Notes: generated from the sequence alone by a model not told the origin. Counted from the first letter of the stretch, positions 25,484-37,991 are shown. The stretch: 64,000 bases of DNA from Escherichia coli (GCF_050920415.1 NZ_CP169309.1), one strand, 5' to 3'. Numbers and translations are program-made.

Positions 25484-25746
25484 TAGCTGCCACAGCTCCC
25501 GGCGGCAAGTGACTGTTCGCTACAGCGTTTGCCGTTGGGTAATGCACACATCCCAATCGCCGTACCATCCAGTTGACGGGCAACAGAAAGCGAACCGCCG
25601 ATCATTGCACAATTTGCTTCTCCACTACTGGACATCGACGCTTTTAAACCTGGCGCTACGTGCGCCGCAGTCGCCTGCTGAACAGGTTCACTACTACACG
25701 CCGACAATAATAAAGCGGCACACCCTACCCAAAACGCTGCTCGCAT
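25480..25746 (-). CDS. ydbJ: lipoprotein YdbJ (DUF333)
   Basis: 88 aa ORF with lipobox (LLSAC), Cys-rich; convergent with hslJ. Confidence 0.8.
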   Translation of the reverse strand: MRAAFWVGCAALLLSACSSEPVQQATAAHVAPGLKASMSSSGEANCAMIGGSLSVARQLDGTAIGMCALPNGKRCSEQSLAAGSCGSY

Positions 25747-26019
25747 CTTTTCTTCCTCTGATCTTCAAGCCAAACGACACCGCCATAAATAATAGGCAGC
25801 ACAGAGGGCGGCGTCGAGAGCTGTCCTGCGCGTTGCCCCGCATTTTTACTTTTTTATGGCTATTTTTTTGCCCTCTGTTTGATCAAAACATTCATTACGC
25901 TGATGTAGGGGACACAAAAGCGAAAATGCAGAAGAAAGCCATTTGCTAAAATTGAAAGATAACTACTGGGCGCGCAGCAATTTCGTGCGCCCCTCATTTG
26001 CGCAATGTAAGGGTGTCAT

Positions 26020-29000
26020 ATGATTACTATTGACGGTAATGGCGCGGTTGCTTCGGTGGCGTATCGCACCAGTGAAGTTATCGCCATCTACCCTATTACC
26101 CCCAGTTCCACGATGGCAGAACAGGCTGATGCATGGGCCGGAAACGGCTTGAAAAACGTTTGGGGAGACACACCACGCGTGGTTGAAATGCAGTCGGAAG
26201 CGGGTGCTATCGCTACCGTGCATGGTGCTTTGCAAACTGGCGCCCTCTCAACATCGTTTACGTCATCGCAGGGTTTGCTGCTGATGATCCCAACGCTGTA
26301 CAAACTGGCAGGCGAACTGACGCCGTTTGTCCTGCATGTTGCGGCTCGTACCGTTGCCACACATGCACTCTCTATTTTTGGCGATCATTCCGACGTCATG
26401 GCAGTGCGCCAGACGGGTTGCGCGATGTTGTGTGCAGCAAACGTCCAGGAGGCGCAAGACTTTGCTCTCATTTCGCACATTGCGACGCTGAAAAGTCGCG
26501 TGCCATTTATTCATTTCTTTGATGGTTTCCGCACCTCCCACGAGATCAATAAAATTGTCCCGCTGGCCGATGACACTATTCTTGAACTGATGCCGCAGGC
26601 AGAAATTGATGCTAATCGCGCCCGTGCACTAAACCCGGAACATCCGGTGATCCGCGGTACGTCCGCCAATCCTGACACTTATTTCCAGTCTCGCGAAGCC
26701 ACCAACCCATGGTACAACGCAGTCTATGACCATGTTGAACAGGCAATGAATGATTTCGCTGCCGCGACAGGTCGCCATTATCAGCCGTTTGAGTATTACG
26801 GGCATCCACAAGCGGAACGGGTGATTATCCTGATGGGCTCTGCCATCGGCACCTGTGAAGAAGTGGTTGATGAATTGCTGACCCGAGGCGAAAAAGTGGG
26901 CGTGCTAAAAGTTCGCCTGTACCGCCCCTTCTCCGCCAAACACTTACTGCAAGCATTGCCGGACTCTGTTCGGACAGTGGCGGTGCTGGATCGCACCAAG
27001 GAGCCAGGTGCGCAAGCGGAACCCCTGTACCTGGATGTAATGACCACACTGGCTGAAGCCTTTAATAATGGCGAGCGCGAAACCCTGCCCCGTGTCATCG
27101 GCGGGCGCTATGGTCTTTCATCCAAAGAATTTGGCCCGGACTGTGTACTGGCGGTATTTGCCGAGCTCAACGCGGCTAAACCGAAAGCGCGCTTTACGGT
27201 TGGTATTTACGATGATGTGACCAATCTGTCACTTCCGTTGCCGGAAAACACCCTGCCAAACTCGGCGAAACTGGAAGCCTTGTTTTATGGTCTTGGTAGT
27301 GATGGCAGCGTTTCCGCGACCAAAAACAATATCAAAATTATCGGTAATTCCACGCCGTGGTACGCACAGGGCTATTTTGTTTACGACTCCAAAAAGGCAG
27401 GCGGCCTGACGGTTTCTCACCTTCGCGTGAGCGAGCAGCCGATTCGTTCCGCTTATCTCATTTCCCAGGCTGATTTTGTTGGCTGTCACCAGTTGCAGTT
27501 TATCGACAAATATCAGATGGCTGAACGTTTAAAACCTGGCGGCATTTTCCTGCTCAACACGCCGTACAGCGCAGATGAAGTATGGTCGCGCTTGCCGCAG
27601 GAAGTTCAGGCCGTGTTAAACCAGAAAAAAGCGCGCTTCTATGTGATTAACGCGGCGAAAATCGCCCGTGAATGTGGCCTGGCGGCCCGTATTAATACCG
27701 TCATGCAGATGGCTTTTTTCCATCTGACGCAAATTCTGCCTGGCGACAGCGCCCTGGCCGAATTGCAGGGCGCGATTGCCAAAAGCTACAGCAGCAAAGG
27801 CCAGGATCTGGTGGAACGCAACTGGCAGGCTCTGGCACTGGCGCGTGAATCGGTAGAAGAAGTTCCGCTGCAGCCGGTTAATCCGCACAGCGCCAATCGA
27901 CCGCCTGTGGTTTCCGATGCTGCTCCTGATTTCGTGAAAACCGTTACCGCTGCGATGCTCGCCGGACTTGGCGATGCTCTCCCCGTTTCGGCGCTGCCGC
28001 CAGACGGCACCTGGCCGATGGGTACCACCCGCTGGGAAAAACGCAATATTGCCGAAGAGATCCCCATCTGGAAAGAGGAACTCTGTACCCAATGTAACCA
28101 CTGCGTTGCCGCTTGCCCACACTCAGCTATTCGCGCCAAAGTAGTGCCGCCTGAAGCAATGGAAAATGCCCCTGCCAGCCTGCATTCGCTGGATGTGAAA
28201 TCGCGTGATATGCGCGGGCAGAAATATGTCTTGCAGGTGGCACCGGAAGATTGCACCGGTTGTAACCTGTGCGTCGAAGTTTGCCCGGCGAAAGACCGTC
28301 AGGATCCAGAGATTAAAGCCATCAATATGATGTCGCGCCTGGAACATGTGGAAGAAGAGAAAATCAATTACGACTTCTTCCTGAATTTACCAGAAATCGA
28401 TCGCAGCAAACTGGAACGTATTGATATTCGTACATCGCAACTGATTACACCGCTGTTTGAATATTCAGGTGCTTGCTCTGGTTGTGGCGAGACGCCGTAT
28501 ATTAAATTGCTGACTCAGCTCTATGGCGATCGGATGTTGATCGCTAACGCTACGGGTTGTTCTTCAATTTATGGCGGTAACCTGCCCTCTACACCGTATA
28601 CTACCGATGCCAACGGTCGTGGACCGGCATGGGCGAACTCGCTGTTTGAAGATAACGCCGAATTTGGCCTTGGTTTCCGCCTGACGGTCGATCAACACCG
28701 TGTCCGCGTGCTGCGTCTGCTGGATCAATTTGCCGATAAAATCCCGGCGGAATTACTAACTGCGTTGAAATCAGACGCCAAGCCAGAGGTTCGTCGTGAA
28801 CAGGTTGCAGCTTTACGCCAGCAACTCAACGATGTTGCCGAAGCACATGAACTGCTACGTGATGCAGATGCACTGGTGGAAAAATCAATCTGGCTGATTG
28901 GTGGCGATGGCTGGGCTTACGATATCGGCTTTGGCGGTCTGGATCATGTATTGAGTTTGACGGAAAACGTCAACATTCTGGTGCTGGATACGCAATGCTA

Positions 29001-29544
29001 TTCCAACACCGGTGGTCAGGCGTCGAAAGCGACACCGCTGGGTGCAGTAACTAAATTTGGCGAGCACGGCAAACGTAAAGCGCGTAAAGATCTTGGCGTC
29101 AGTATGATGATGTACGGTCATGTTTATGTGGCGCAAATTTCTCTCGGCGCGCAGCTCAACCAGACAGTGAAAGCGATTCAGGAAGCAGAAGCGTATCCGG
29201 GACCATCGCTGATCATCGCTTATAGCCCGTGTGAAGAGCATGGTTACGATCTGGCACTCAGTCACGACCAGATGCGCCAACTCACTGCCACCGGCTTCTG
29301 GCCGCTATATCGCTTCGATCCACGTCGAGCCGATGAAGGCAAACTGCCGCTGGCGCTGGATTCACGCCCGCCGTCAGAAGCACTGGAAGAAACGTTACTT
29401 CACGAGCAGCGTTTCCGTCGTCTGAATTCGCAGCAGCCAGAAGTGGCAGAACAGTTATGGAAAGATGCCGCAGCTGATTTGCAAAAACGCTATGACTTCC
29501 TGGCACAAATGGCCGGAAAAGCGGAAAAAAGCAACACCGATTAA
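26020..29544 (+). CDS. ydbK: pyruvate:flavodoxin oxidoreductase (PFOR, NifJ-like)
   Basis: 1174 aa ORF; two 4Fe-4S ferredoxin CxxCxxCxxxCP motifs (CTQCNHCVAACP, CTGCNLCVEVCP) and TPP-binding region. Confidence 0.93.
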   Translation: MITIDGNGAVASVAYRTSEVIAIYPITPSSTMAEQADAWAGNGLKNVWGDTPRVVEMQSEAGAIATVHGALQTGALSTSFTSSQGLLLMIPTLYKLAGELTPFVLHVAARTVATHALSIFGDHSDVMAVRQTGCAMLCAANVQEAQDFALISHIATLKSRVPFIHFFDGFRTSHEINKIVPLADDTILELMPQAEIDANRARALNPEHPVIRGTSANPDTYFQSREATNPWYNAVYDHVEQAMNDFAAATGRHYQPFEYYGHPQAERVIILMGSAIGTCEEVVDELLTRGEKVGVLKVRLYRPFSAKHLLQALPDSVRTVAVLDRTKEPGAQAEPLYLDVMTTLAEAFNNGERETLPRVIGGRYGLSSKEFGPDCVLAVFAELNAAKPKARFTVGIYDDVTNLSLPLPENTLPNSAKLEALFYGLGSDGSVSATKNNIKIIGNSTPWYAQGYFVYDSKKAGGLTVSHLRVSEQPIRSAYLISQADFVGCHQLQFIDKYQMAERLKPGGIFLLNTPYSADEVWSRLPQEVQAVLNQKKARFYVINAAKIARECGLAARINTVMQMAFFHLTQILPGDSALAELQGAIAKSYSSKGQDLVERNWQALALARESVEEVPLQPVNPHSANRPPVVSDAAPDFVKTVTAAMLAGLGDALPVSALPPDGTWPMGTTRWEKRNIAEEIPIWKEELCTQCNHCVAACPHSAIRAKVVPPEAMENAPASLHSLDVKSRDMRGQKYVLQVAPEDCTGCNLCVEVCPAKDRQDPEIKAINMMSRLEHVEEEKINYDFFLNLPEIDRSKLERIDIRTSQLITPLFEYSGACSGCGETPYIKLLTQLYGDRMLIANATGCSSIYGGNLPSTPYTTDANGRGPAWANSLFEDNAEFGLGFRLTVDQHRVRVLRLLDQFADKIPAELLTALKSDAKPEVRREQVAALRQQLNDVAEAHELLRDADALVEKSIWLIGGDGWAYDIGFGGLDHVLSLTENVNILVLDTQCYSNTGGQASKATPLGAVTKFGEHGKRKARKDLGVSMMMYGHVYVAQISLGAQLNQTVKAIQEAEAYPGPSLIIAYSPCEEHGYDLALSHDQMRQLTATGFWPLYRFDPRRADEGKLPLALDSRPPSEALEETLLHEQRFRRLNSQQPEVAEQLWKDAAADLQKRYDFLAQMAGKAEKSNTD

Positions 29545-29572
29545 ATGCTCTGGATAAGGATTATCCAATTCT

Positions 29573-29682
29573 AAAAAAAAGCCCGAACGACTGTTCGGGC
29601 TTGTCTTCTTATATGTTGGAAAATCAGTGGCAATGCAATGGCCCAACAGAAAATAAAATCTGTGACAATAAAGGCATATAAC
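29573..29682 (-). ncRNA. micC: MicC sRNA (represses ompC)
   Basis: Reverse complement reads GTTATATGCCTTTATTGTCACAGATTTTATTTTCTGTTGGGCC... ending in GCCCGAAC/GTTCGGGC hairpin plus U-run; matches recalled MicC sequence and its ydbK-ompN intergenic location. Confidence 0.85.
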
Positions 29683-29909
29683 CCGCGCAGAATAACGTAT
29701 AGCAAATTAAAAGTATAATTTTTATTTTGTATGTATTATCTTCGATACATTCACCAGACTTATTATCATTTCAGAGGAATTATTTGATTAAGGTTTTACT
29801 TAAGGCGTAACAAATGATATTTATCGGCTAACTGAACTTCTCCTTTAGGATGTTTTCATTCCCCGAAATGGGGATAAAAGGCAAATAAAATAACTAAAGG
29901 ATTTATTCA

Positions 29910-31043
29910 ATGAAAAGCAAAGTACTGGCACTTTTAATTCCTGCCCTGCTCGCCGCAGGTGCTGCACATGCAGCCGAAGTTTATAATAAAGACGGCAATA
30001 AATTAGATCTGTATGGCAAAGTTGATGGCCTGCATTATTTTTCTGATAATTCAGCGAAAGATGGCGACCAGAGCTATGCGCGTCTGGGTTTTAAAGGCGA
30101 AACCCAAATTAACGATCAACTTACTGGCTACGGTCAATGGGAATACAATATTCAGGCAAACAACACTGAATCTTCAAAAAACCAGTCATGGACCCGTCTG
30201 GCATTTGCCGGACTGAAATTTGCAGATTACGGTTCTTTCGATTACGGACGTAATTATGGCGTACTGTACGACATCGAAGGCTGGACCGATATGCTGCCTG
30301 AATTTGGCGGTGACTCTTATACCAATGCAGACAACTTTATGACTGGTCGTGCCAATGGCGTCGCGACTTATCGTAACACTGATTTCTTCGGTCTGGTAAA
30401 TGGTCTGAACTTCGCGGTGCAGTATCAAGGTAACAACGAAGGAGCCAGTAATGGTCAGGAAGGCACCAACAACGGACGTGATGTTCGCCATGAAAACGGT
30501 GACGGCTGGGGTCTTTCCACAACATATGATTTAGGTATGGGCTTTAGCGCTGGTGCGGCATACACCTCTTCTGACCGCACCAATGACCAGGTTAACCATA
30601 CTGCGGCTGGTGGTGATAAAGCAGACGCGTGGACTGCTGGGCTAAAATACGATGCTAATAATATTTACCTGGCAACCATGTATTCAGAAACGCGTAATAT
30701 GACCCCGTTTGGCGACAGCGATTATGCTGTTGCAAACAAAACCCAGAACTTTGAAGTCACTGCACAGTACCAGTTTGATTTTGGTCTGCGTCCGGCAGTC
30801 TCTTTCCTGATGTCTAAAGGCCGTGACCTGCACGCTGCCGGTGGTGCAGACAACCCGGCAGGTGTTGATGATAAAGATCTGGTAAAATACGCCGATGTTG
30901 GCGCGACTTACTATTTCAATAAAAATATGTCCACCTACGTTGACTATAAAATCAACCTGTTGGATGAAGATGACAGCTTCTACGCTGCCAACGGCATCTC
31001 TACCGATGATATTGTCGCTTTAGGTCTGGTTTATCAGTTCTAA
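29910..31043 (+). CDS. ompN: outer membrane porin OmpN
   Basis: 377 aa ORF; signal peptide, general-porin family with C-terminal ...LVYQF. Confidence 0.92.
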   Translation: MKSKVLALLIPALLAAGAAHAAEVYNKDGNKLDLYGKVDGLHYFSDNSAKDGDQSYARLGFKGETQINDQLTGYGQWEYNIQANNTESSKNQSWTRLAFAGLKFADYGSFDYGRNYGVLYDIEGWTDMLPEFGGDSYTNADNFMTGRANGVATYRNTDFFGLVNGLNFAVQYQGNNEGASNGQEGTNNGRDVRHENGDGWGLSTTYDLGMGFSAGAAYTSSDRTNDQVNHTAAGGDKADAWTAGLKYDANNIYLATMYSETRNMTPFGDSDYAVANKTQNFEVTAQYQFDFGLRPAVSFLMSKGRDLHAAGGADNPAGVDDKDLVKYADVGATYYFNKNMSTYVDYKINLLDEDDSFYAANGISTDDIVALGLVYQF

Positions 31044-31051
31044 ATCCTCCT

Positions 31052-31076
31052 GCCCGCTGTTATGGCGGGCTTTTTC
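31052..31076 (+). terminator. intrinsic terminator after ompN
   Basis: GCCCGC...GCGGGC hairpin followed by TTTTT. Confidence 0.7.
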
Positions 31077-31102
31077 TGCTTATTCTTCCTCCTTTGATCT
31101 AA

Positions 31103-31618
<516 letters not shown>

Positions 31619-31625
31619 CACTAAC

Positions 31626-31650
31626 GCCCGCACATTGCTGCGGGCTTTTT
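31626..31650 (+). terminator. intrinsic terminator after uspF
   Basis: GCCCGC-loop-GCGGGC followed by TTTTT. Confidence 0.7.
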
Positions 31651-31793
31651 GATTCATTTCGCAAATGTGCTGACATTTTCCCCTCTAATCCGTACCATAC
31701 ACGCCACAGTTTTTATATCAGATTTCTTATGCTGGGCGTTCCGGCATGACGCATACTCTTCTGATGCCATATAACGAATTGAGTCGCTTTTAA

Positions 31794-32729
31794 ATGTCGC
31801 AAAATCAAGAAATTAGTAAGAAAGAACAATACAACCTGAACAAATTACAAAAACGTCTGCGTCGTAACGTGGGCGAAGCCATTGCTGACTTCAATATGAT
31901 TGAAGAAGGCGATCGCATCATGGTTTGCCTCTCCGGGGGTAAAGACAGCTATACCATGCTGGAGATTCTGCGCAATTTGCAGCAAAGCGCGCCAATCAAT
32001 TTTTCGCTGGTGGCTGTTAACCTCGATCAAAAGCAACCGGGCTTCCCGGAACACGTTCTGCCCGAGTATCTTGAAAAGCTGGGCATTGAGTACAAGATTG
32101 TGGAAGAGAACACTTACGGTATCGTGAAAGAGAAGATTCCGGAGGGCAAAACCACTTGCTCACTGTGTTCTCGTCTTCGTCGCGGAATTCTTTACCGTAC
32201 CGCAACGGAACTGGGAGCGACGAAGATCGCGCTGGGTCACCATCGTGACGATATCCTGCAAACGTTGTTCTTAAATATGTTCTACGGCGGCAAGATGAAA
32301 GGTATGCCTCCGAAACTGATGAGCGATGATGGCAAACATATTGTGATTCGTCCGCTGGCCTACTGCCGCGAGAAAGATATTCAGCGATTTGCCGATGCAA
32401 AAGCGTTCCCGATTATTCCGTGCAACCTGTGCGGTTCACAGCCTAACCTGCAACGTCAGGTGATTGCTGACATGTTGCGTGACTGGGATAAACGTTATCC
32501 GGGGCGTATCGAGACGATGTTCAGCGCGATGCAGAATGTGGTGCCGTCGCATCTGTGCGATACCAACCTGTTCGATTTCAAAGGCATTACCCACGGTTCT
32601 GAAGTGGTTAACGGGGGTGATCTGGCGTTTGATCGCGAAGAGATCCCTCTACAACCGGCGGGTTGGCAGCCTGAAGAAGATGAAAATCAGTTGGATGAGT
32701 TACGACTGAATGTGGTTGAAGTGAAATAA
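31794..32729 (+). CDS. ttcA: tRNA 2-thiocytidine(32) synthetase TtcA
   Basis: 311 aa ORF; PP-loop SGGKDS and CxxC motifs; full length. Confidence 0.92.
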   Translation: MSQNQEISKKEQYNLNKLQKRLRRNVGEAIADFNMIEEGDRIMVCLSGGKDSYTMLEILRNLQQSAPINFSLVAVNLDQKQPGFPEHVLPEYLEKLGIEYKIVEENTYGIVKEKIPEGKTTCSLCSRLRRGILYRTATELGATKIALGHHRDDILQTLFLNMFYGGKMKGMPPKLMSDDGKHIVIRPLAYCREKDIQRFADAKAFPIIPCNLCGSQPNLQRQVIADMLRDWDKRYPGRIETMFSAMQNVVPSHLCDTNLFDFKGITHGSEVVNGGDLAFDREEIPLQPAGWQPEEDENQLDELRLNVVEVK

Positions 32730-32739
32730 CCCGGATAGC

Positions 32740-32810
32740 GCCCGATGCGCAAGCTTATCGGGCTACTCTTATGGAGGCCGGATAAGACGCGGCCAGCGTC
32801 GCATCCGGCA
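32740..32810. repeat. REP-like extragenic palindromes between convergent ttcA and dbpA
   Basis: CCCGATGCGCAAGCTTATCGGG followed by GCCGGATAAGACGCGGCCAGCGTCGCATCCGGC, typical REP unit sequence. Confidence 0.6.
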
Positions 32811-32857
32811 ATCCCGAAGAAGATGTTTACTCTTGCACCCTGCGATTCAACATTTCA

Positions 32858-34231
32858 TTATTTTAATAACCGCACCCGGCACGTTTTTCCTTTAATCTTC
32901 CCGCCCTGTAACTGTTTCCATGCTTTATGAGCAACAGCCTGACGCACCGCGACATAGACATGCGCCGGATGCACGGCGATTTTGCCAATATCTGCGCCAT
33001 CAAGCCCGATATCTCCTGTCAGCGCACCTAATACATCACCCGGGCGCATTTTGGCTTTTTTCCCGCCATCGATACACAACGTTGCCATTTCTGCTTCCAG
33101 CGGCACAATGGAACTATTAACTGGCGGCGTTTGCCAGTTAAGTTTTATCTGCAACATGTCAGAAATGATATTGGCCCGCTGTGCTTCTTCCGGGGCACAG
33201 AAACTGATCGCCAGACCGCTATTTCCTGCACGCGCTGTACGACCAATGCGATGTACATGAACTTCAGGGTCCCACGCCAGTTCAAAGTTCACTACCAGCT
33301 CAAGCGATTTAATATCAAGACCACGCGCAGCAACATCCGTCGCGACCAGCACACGAGCGCTACCGTTAGCAAAACGTACCAGGGTCTGATCGCGGTCACG
33401 TTGCTCCAGATCGCCATGTAACGACAATGCACTTTGCCCTATGTCATTCAGCGCGTCGCAGACAGCCTGACAATCTTTTTTGGTATTGCAAAACACCACG
33501 CAAGAGGATGGCTGATGCAAACTTAATAACCGTTGCAACAGCGGAATTTTGCCTTTGCTGGATGTCTCATAAAATTGTTGTTCAATGGGAGGCAGAGCAT
33601 CTGTTGAGTCAATTTCAATCGCCAATGGATCGCGTTGAACTCGTCCGCTGATTGCGGTGATGGCTTCCGGCCAGGTTGCCGAAAACAGAAGCGTCTGTCG
33701 AGATGCTGGCGCAAAACGGATAACATCATCAATGGCATCGCTAAATCCCATATCCAGCATGCGATCGGCTTCATCCATCACCAGCATATTCAACGCATCC
33801 AGTGATACCGTGCCTTTTTGCAGATGGTCCAGCAAACGCCCCGGGGTTGCCACGATAATATGCGGCGCATGTTGCAACGAATCACGCTGCATACCGAACG
33901 GTTGACCACCGCACAAAGTCAAAATTTTGGTATTTGGCAGAAAACGCGCCAGCCGACGCAATTCACCTGCCACCTGATCCGCCAGTTCACGCGTAGGGCA
34001 CAGCACTAAAGCCTGGGTCTGAAATAGCGACGCATCAATTTTCTGTAGCAGCCCGAGGCCAAAAGCCGCCGTTTTGCCGCTGCCGGTTTTCGCCTGCACG
34101 CGAACATCTTTTCCGGCAAGGATCGCCGGAAGCGCGGCGGCCTGCACCGGCGTCATAGTTAAATAACCCAACTCATTAAGGTTCGTGAGTTGGGCGGGAG
34201 GCAAAACATTCAGGGTAGAAAAAGCGGTCAC
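32858..34231 (-). CDS. dbpA: ATP-dependent RNA helicase DbpA (DEAD-box)
   Basis: 457 aa ORF; Walker A AKTGSGKT, DEAD motif (VMDEADRM), SAT, HRIGRTAR. Confidence 0.95.
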   Translation of the reverse strand: MTAFSTLNVLPPAQLTNLNELGYLTMTPVQAAALPAILAGKDVRVQAKTGSGKTAAFGLGLLQKIDASLFQTQALVLCPTRELADQVAGELRRLARFLPNTKILTLCGGQPFGMQRDSLQHAPHIIVATPGRLLDHLQKGTVSLDALNMLVMDEADRMLDMGFSDAIDDVIRFAPASRQTLLFSATWPEAITAISGRVQRDPLAIEIDSTDALPPIEQQFYETSSKGKIPLLQRLLSLHQPSSCVVFCNTKKDCQAVCDALNDIGQSALSLHGDLEQRDRDQTLVRFANGSARVLVATDVAARGLDIKSLELVVNFELAWDPEVHVHRIGRTARAGNSGLAISFCAPEEAQRANIISDMLQIKLNWQTPPVNSSIVPLEAEMATLCIDGGKKAKMRPGDVLGALTGDIGLDGADIGKIAVHPAHVYVAVRQAVAHKAWKQLQGGKIKGKTCRVRLLK

Positions 34232-34261
34232 AATCTGTTCTCGTGGTCATCGACGCAAAAA

Positions 34262-34435
34262 TTAGCAAGCGCGTATCCTCGCAGATCTACGCTCACGATG
34301 CGACAATTTAATCGGTTCTTCATCGGGTGGTGGGTCAGGCATGGGTTGCGGGCGAGGGATTGGATCGGGCACTGGAACAGGATCGCCAGGAATCGGTTCA
34401 GGGACAGGAATTTGCAAATAAATGAGTGTCGTCAT
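34262..34435 (-). CDS. putative small proline-rich protein (57 aa), unvalidated
   Basis: ORF MTTLIYLQIPVPEPIPGDPVPVPDPIPRPQPMPDPPPDEEP... with strong SD (GGAGGG, 5 nt spacer) immediately upstream of dbpA; below the ORF-track size cutoff. Confidence 0.3.
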   Translation of the reverse strand: MTTLIYLQIPVPEPIPGDPVPVPDPIPRPQPMPDPPPDEEPIKLSHRERRSARIRAC

Positions 34436-34492
34436 ATTTCCCTCCGGTCATTGGGTGGACTCTTAAAGGGTAGACGCTGATATATAACAGGC

Positions 34493-34614
34493 AAAAAAAA
34501 GCCGACTCATCAAAGTCGGCGTCGTACGAATCAATTGTGCTATGCAGTAATTCAAAAAAGGAAGTAAGACAATATGGAGCGCAACGCCCATCGCTTGACG
34601 TTGCATTCACCTGC
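34493..34614 (-). ncRNA. fnrS: FnrS sRNA (FNR-activated)
   Basis: Reverse complement reads GCAGGTGAATGCAACGTCAAGCGATGGGCGTTGCGCTCCATATTGTCTTACTTCC... ending in GCCGACT/AGTCGGC hairpin plus U8; matches recalled FnrS and its dbpA-zntB location. Confidence 0.85.
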
Positions 34615-34649
34615 AAGAGAGATATTGCCCTGAATGGGTAGAGAGTTTA

Positions 34650-34663
34650 TTGACTTCGCTCAA
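34650..34663 (-). promoter_or_regulatory. FNR-box-like site at about -41.5 of fnrS
   Basis: TTGAC-ttcg-CTCAA, 8/10 match to TTGAT-N4-ATCAA, centred about 42 bp upstream of the inferred FnrS 5' end. Confidence 0.6.
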
Positions 34664-34709
34664 ACTTTGCGGCGTTTTTGTATACAGATAGTAGGGAAAA
34701 TTGCTGTTG

Positions 34710-35714
<1,005 letters not shown>

Positions 35715-35947
35715 TTATTTTGTAGTCTAGCCTTCTGGCCCTGTTACGCAACATCTCATCACCCCATTACCCTGAAATGATTAATAAAATTCTGTCTAAA
35801 TTGAATACAAAAAGCAAAATGCTTTTCCATATACAAACCGTGTGAAGTGTTAAATAGCGTCTATCATTATCAGAATTATCTGATCATATGACGTGGCTTT
35901 TTTGCGATCGGATAGCAACAAAAATTGATAAAAATAACGGGATCTCA

Positions 35948-37180
35948 ATGATTACGCACAACTTCAATACCCTGGACTTACTCACCAGTCCTGTCTGGAT
36001 CGTTTCGCCCTTTGAGGAACAGTTAATTTATGCCAACAGCGCGGCGCGACTGTTGATGCAAGACCTCACGTTTAGTCAGCTACGAACCGGTCCCTATTCC
36101 GTCTCCTCACAAAAAGAACTACCGAAATACCTCTCCGATCTGCAAAACCAACACGATATTATCGAAATCCTCACTGTTCAACGTAAAGAAGAGGAAACAG
36201 CATTAAGCTGTCGGCTTGTTTTGCGAGAGCTGACAGAAGCAGAACCGGTGATTATTTTCGAAGGTATCGAAGCGCCGGCAACGCTGGGTTTAAAAGCCAG
36301 TCGTTCGGCAAATTATCAGCGCAAAAAACAAGGTTTTTATGCGCGCTTTTTTCTGACTAACTCTGCACCAATGTTGTTGATTGACCCCTCACGAGATGGC
36401 CAAATCGTCGATGCTAACCTCGCCGCGCTCAATTTCTATGGTTATAACCATGAAACGATGTGCCAGAAACATACCTGGGAAATTAATATGCTCGGGCGTC
36501 GCGTCATGCCTATCATGCATGAAATCTCGCATTTACCCGGTGGTCATAAGCCTTTGAATTTTGTTCATAAACTGGCGGATGGTTCGACTCGTCATGTGCA
36601 GACCTATGCTGGGCCGATTGAAATTTATGGCGACAAGCTCATGTTATGTATTGTGCATGATATTACTGAGCAAAAACGGCTGGAGGAGCAGCTGGAACAT
36701 GCTGCCCACCATGACGCGATGACCGGATTACTGAATCGGCGACAGTTTTATCACATTACCGAGCCAGGCCAAATGCAGCACCTCGCCATCGCTCAGGATT
36801 ACAGCTTATTGCTCATCGACACCGATCGTTTTAAACACATTAACGATCTCTATGGGCATTCTAAAGGTGATGAGGTGTTATGCGCCCTCGCCCGCACTCT
36901 CGAAAGTTGCGCTCGCAAAGGCGATTTGGTGTTTCGTTGGGGAGGCGAAGAGTTTGTCTTATTGCTACCAAGAACCCCACTGGATACCGCGCTTTCGCTG
37001 GCTGAAACTATCCGCGTAAGCGTGACAAAAGTGAGTATTTCGGGCTTACCACGCTTTACCGTCAGCATTGGTGTGGCGCATCACGAAGGAAATGAAAGCA
37101 TCGATGAACTGTTTAAACGCGTTGATGATGCTTTGTATCGGGCGAAAAATGATGGACGCAACCGCGTGCTGGCGGCATAA
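35948..37180 (+). CDS. dgcM: diguanylate cyclase DgcM (PAS-PAS-GGDEF)
   Basis: 410 aa from MITHNF...; GGEEF active-site motif (RWGGEEF); track ORF extends 20 codons upstream. Confidence 0.9.
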   Translation: MITHNFNTLDLLTSPVWIVSPFEEQLIYANSAARLLMQDLTFSQLRTGPYSVSSQKELPKYLSDLQNQHDIIEILTVQRKEEETALSCRLVLRELTEAEPVIIFEGIEAPATLGLKASRSANYQRKKQGFYARFFLTNSAPMLLIDPSRDGQIVDANLAALNFYGYNHETMCQKHTWEINMLGRRVMPIMHEISHLPGGHKPLNFVHKLADGSTRHVQTYAGPIEIYGDKLMLCIVHDITEQKRLEEQLEHAAHHDAMTGLLNRRQFYHITEPGQMQHLAIAQDYSLLLIDTDRFKHINDLYGHSKGDEVLCALARTLESCARKGDLVFRWGGEEFVLLLPRTPLDTALSLAETIRVSVTKVSISGLPRFTVSIGVAHHEGNESIDELFKRVDDALYRAKNDGRNRVLAA

Positions 37181-37200
37181 GCCGCGGATGCGTCTCGAGA

Positions 37201-37764
37201 TCAACGACTGCGCTTAGCGTGGCGCTCCCAGTTTTCTTGCTTTGCCTGCGCCGTTTTACGTAGTGCGACGTAACACGCCCCGCTGCCGCCATGATGCGGT
37301 AGCGCGGTACAATATGCCTGGACATCATCAAATTCGGTCAACCAGCGCGCCACATAGCTGCGGACAATATTGGCATGCGATTTATCTTCCCGCCCTTTAC
37401 CATGAATAATCAGCACATTACGCAAACCATCCGCCAGGGCTTGTTGAATGAAACTGAACACCATTTTGCGGCACTCTTCCACCGGCTGGCGCAAAAGATT
37501 CAGGCTCGCCTGTTGCGGATATTTACCACTGCGCAGCTTATCCAGCACCCCATGTTGCAACCCTTCCCGCCGAAACTCCAGCGGCTGGCTTAGCGGAATG
37601 ATGTCGAGAAATCCGGTGGTGAGGAAATTATCAAGTTGCAGCGTGTCGATACGCTGCGGCGCACGTTGGTTACGCGTTGGATGCCAGTGGACATCTGTAG
37701 CACGTTTCAGCGGCTGGACATCTTCCATGGCGTCAAGAAACAGCGATTTGTCGTCAAGGTTCAT
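37201..37764 (-). CDS. smrA: Smr-domain DNA endonuclease SmrA
   Basis: 187 aa ORF; Smr domain-like region; position after dgcM. Confidence 0.85.
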   Translation of the reverse strand: MNLDDKSLFLDAMEDVQPLKRATDVHWHPTRNQRAPQRIDTLQLDNFLTTGFLDIIPLSQPLEFRREGLQHGVLDKLRSGKYPQQASLNLLRQPVEECRKMVFSFIQQALADGLRNVLIIHGKGREDKSHANIVRSYVARWLTEFDDVQAYCTALPHHGGSGACYVALRKTAQAKQENWERHAKRSR

Positions 37765-37991
37765 GTTACATCCTCCCGCAATTAAGAGCGCGATATGATA
37801 ACCAGACCGGGTCGGTCCAACAACGTATTACCCAAAATTCCAGTAATAAGTTCCAAATATTGCCGATATTTTAAGCAAAATGCTTATGCATGATTATTCA
37901 TTCACGATATTAATAATGTAACTTATATTTTCGTGAAATCTGTCACTGAAGAAAATTGGCAACTAAAGGTTAAAACCGTTATAACACAGTC

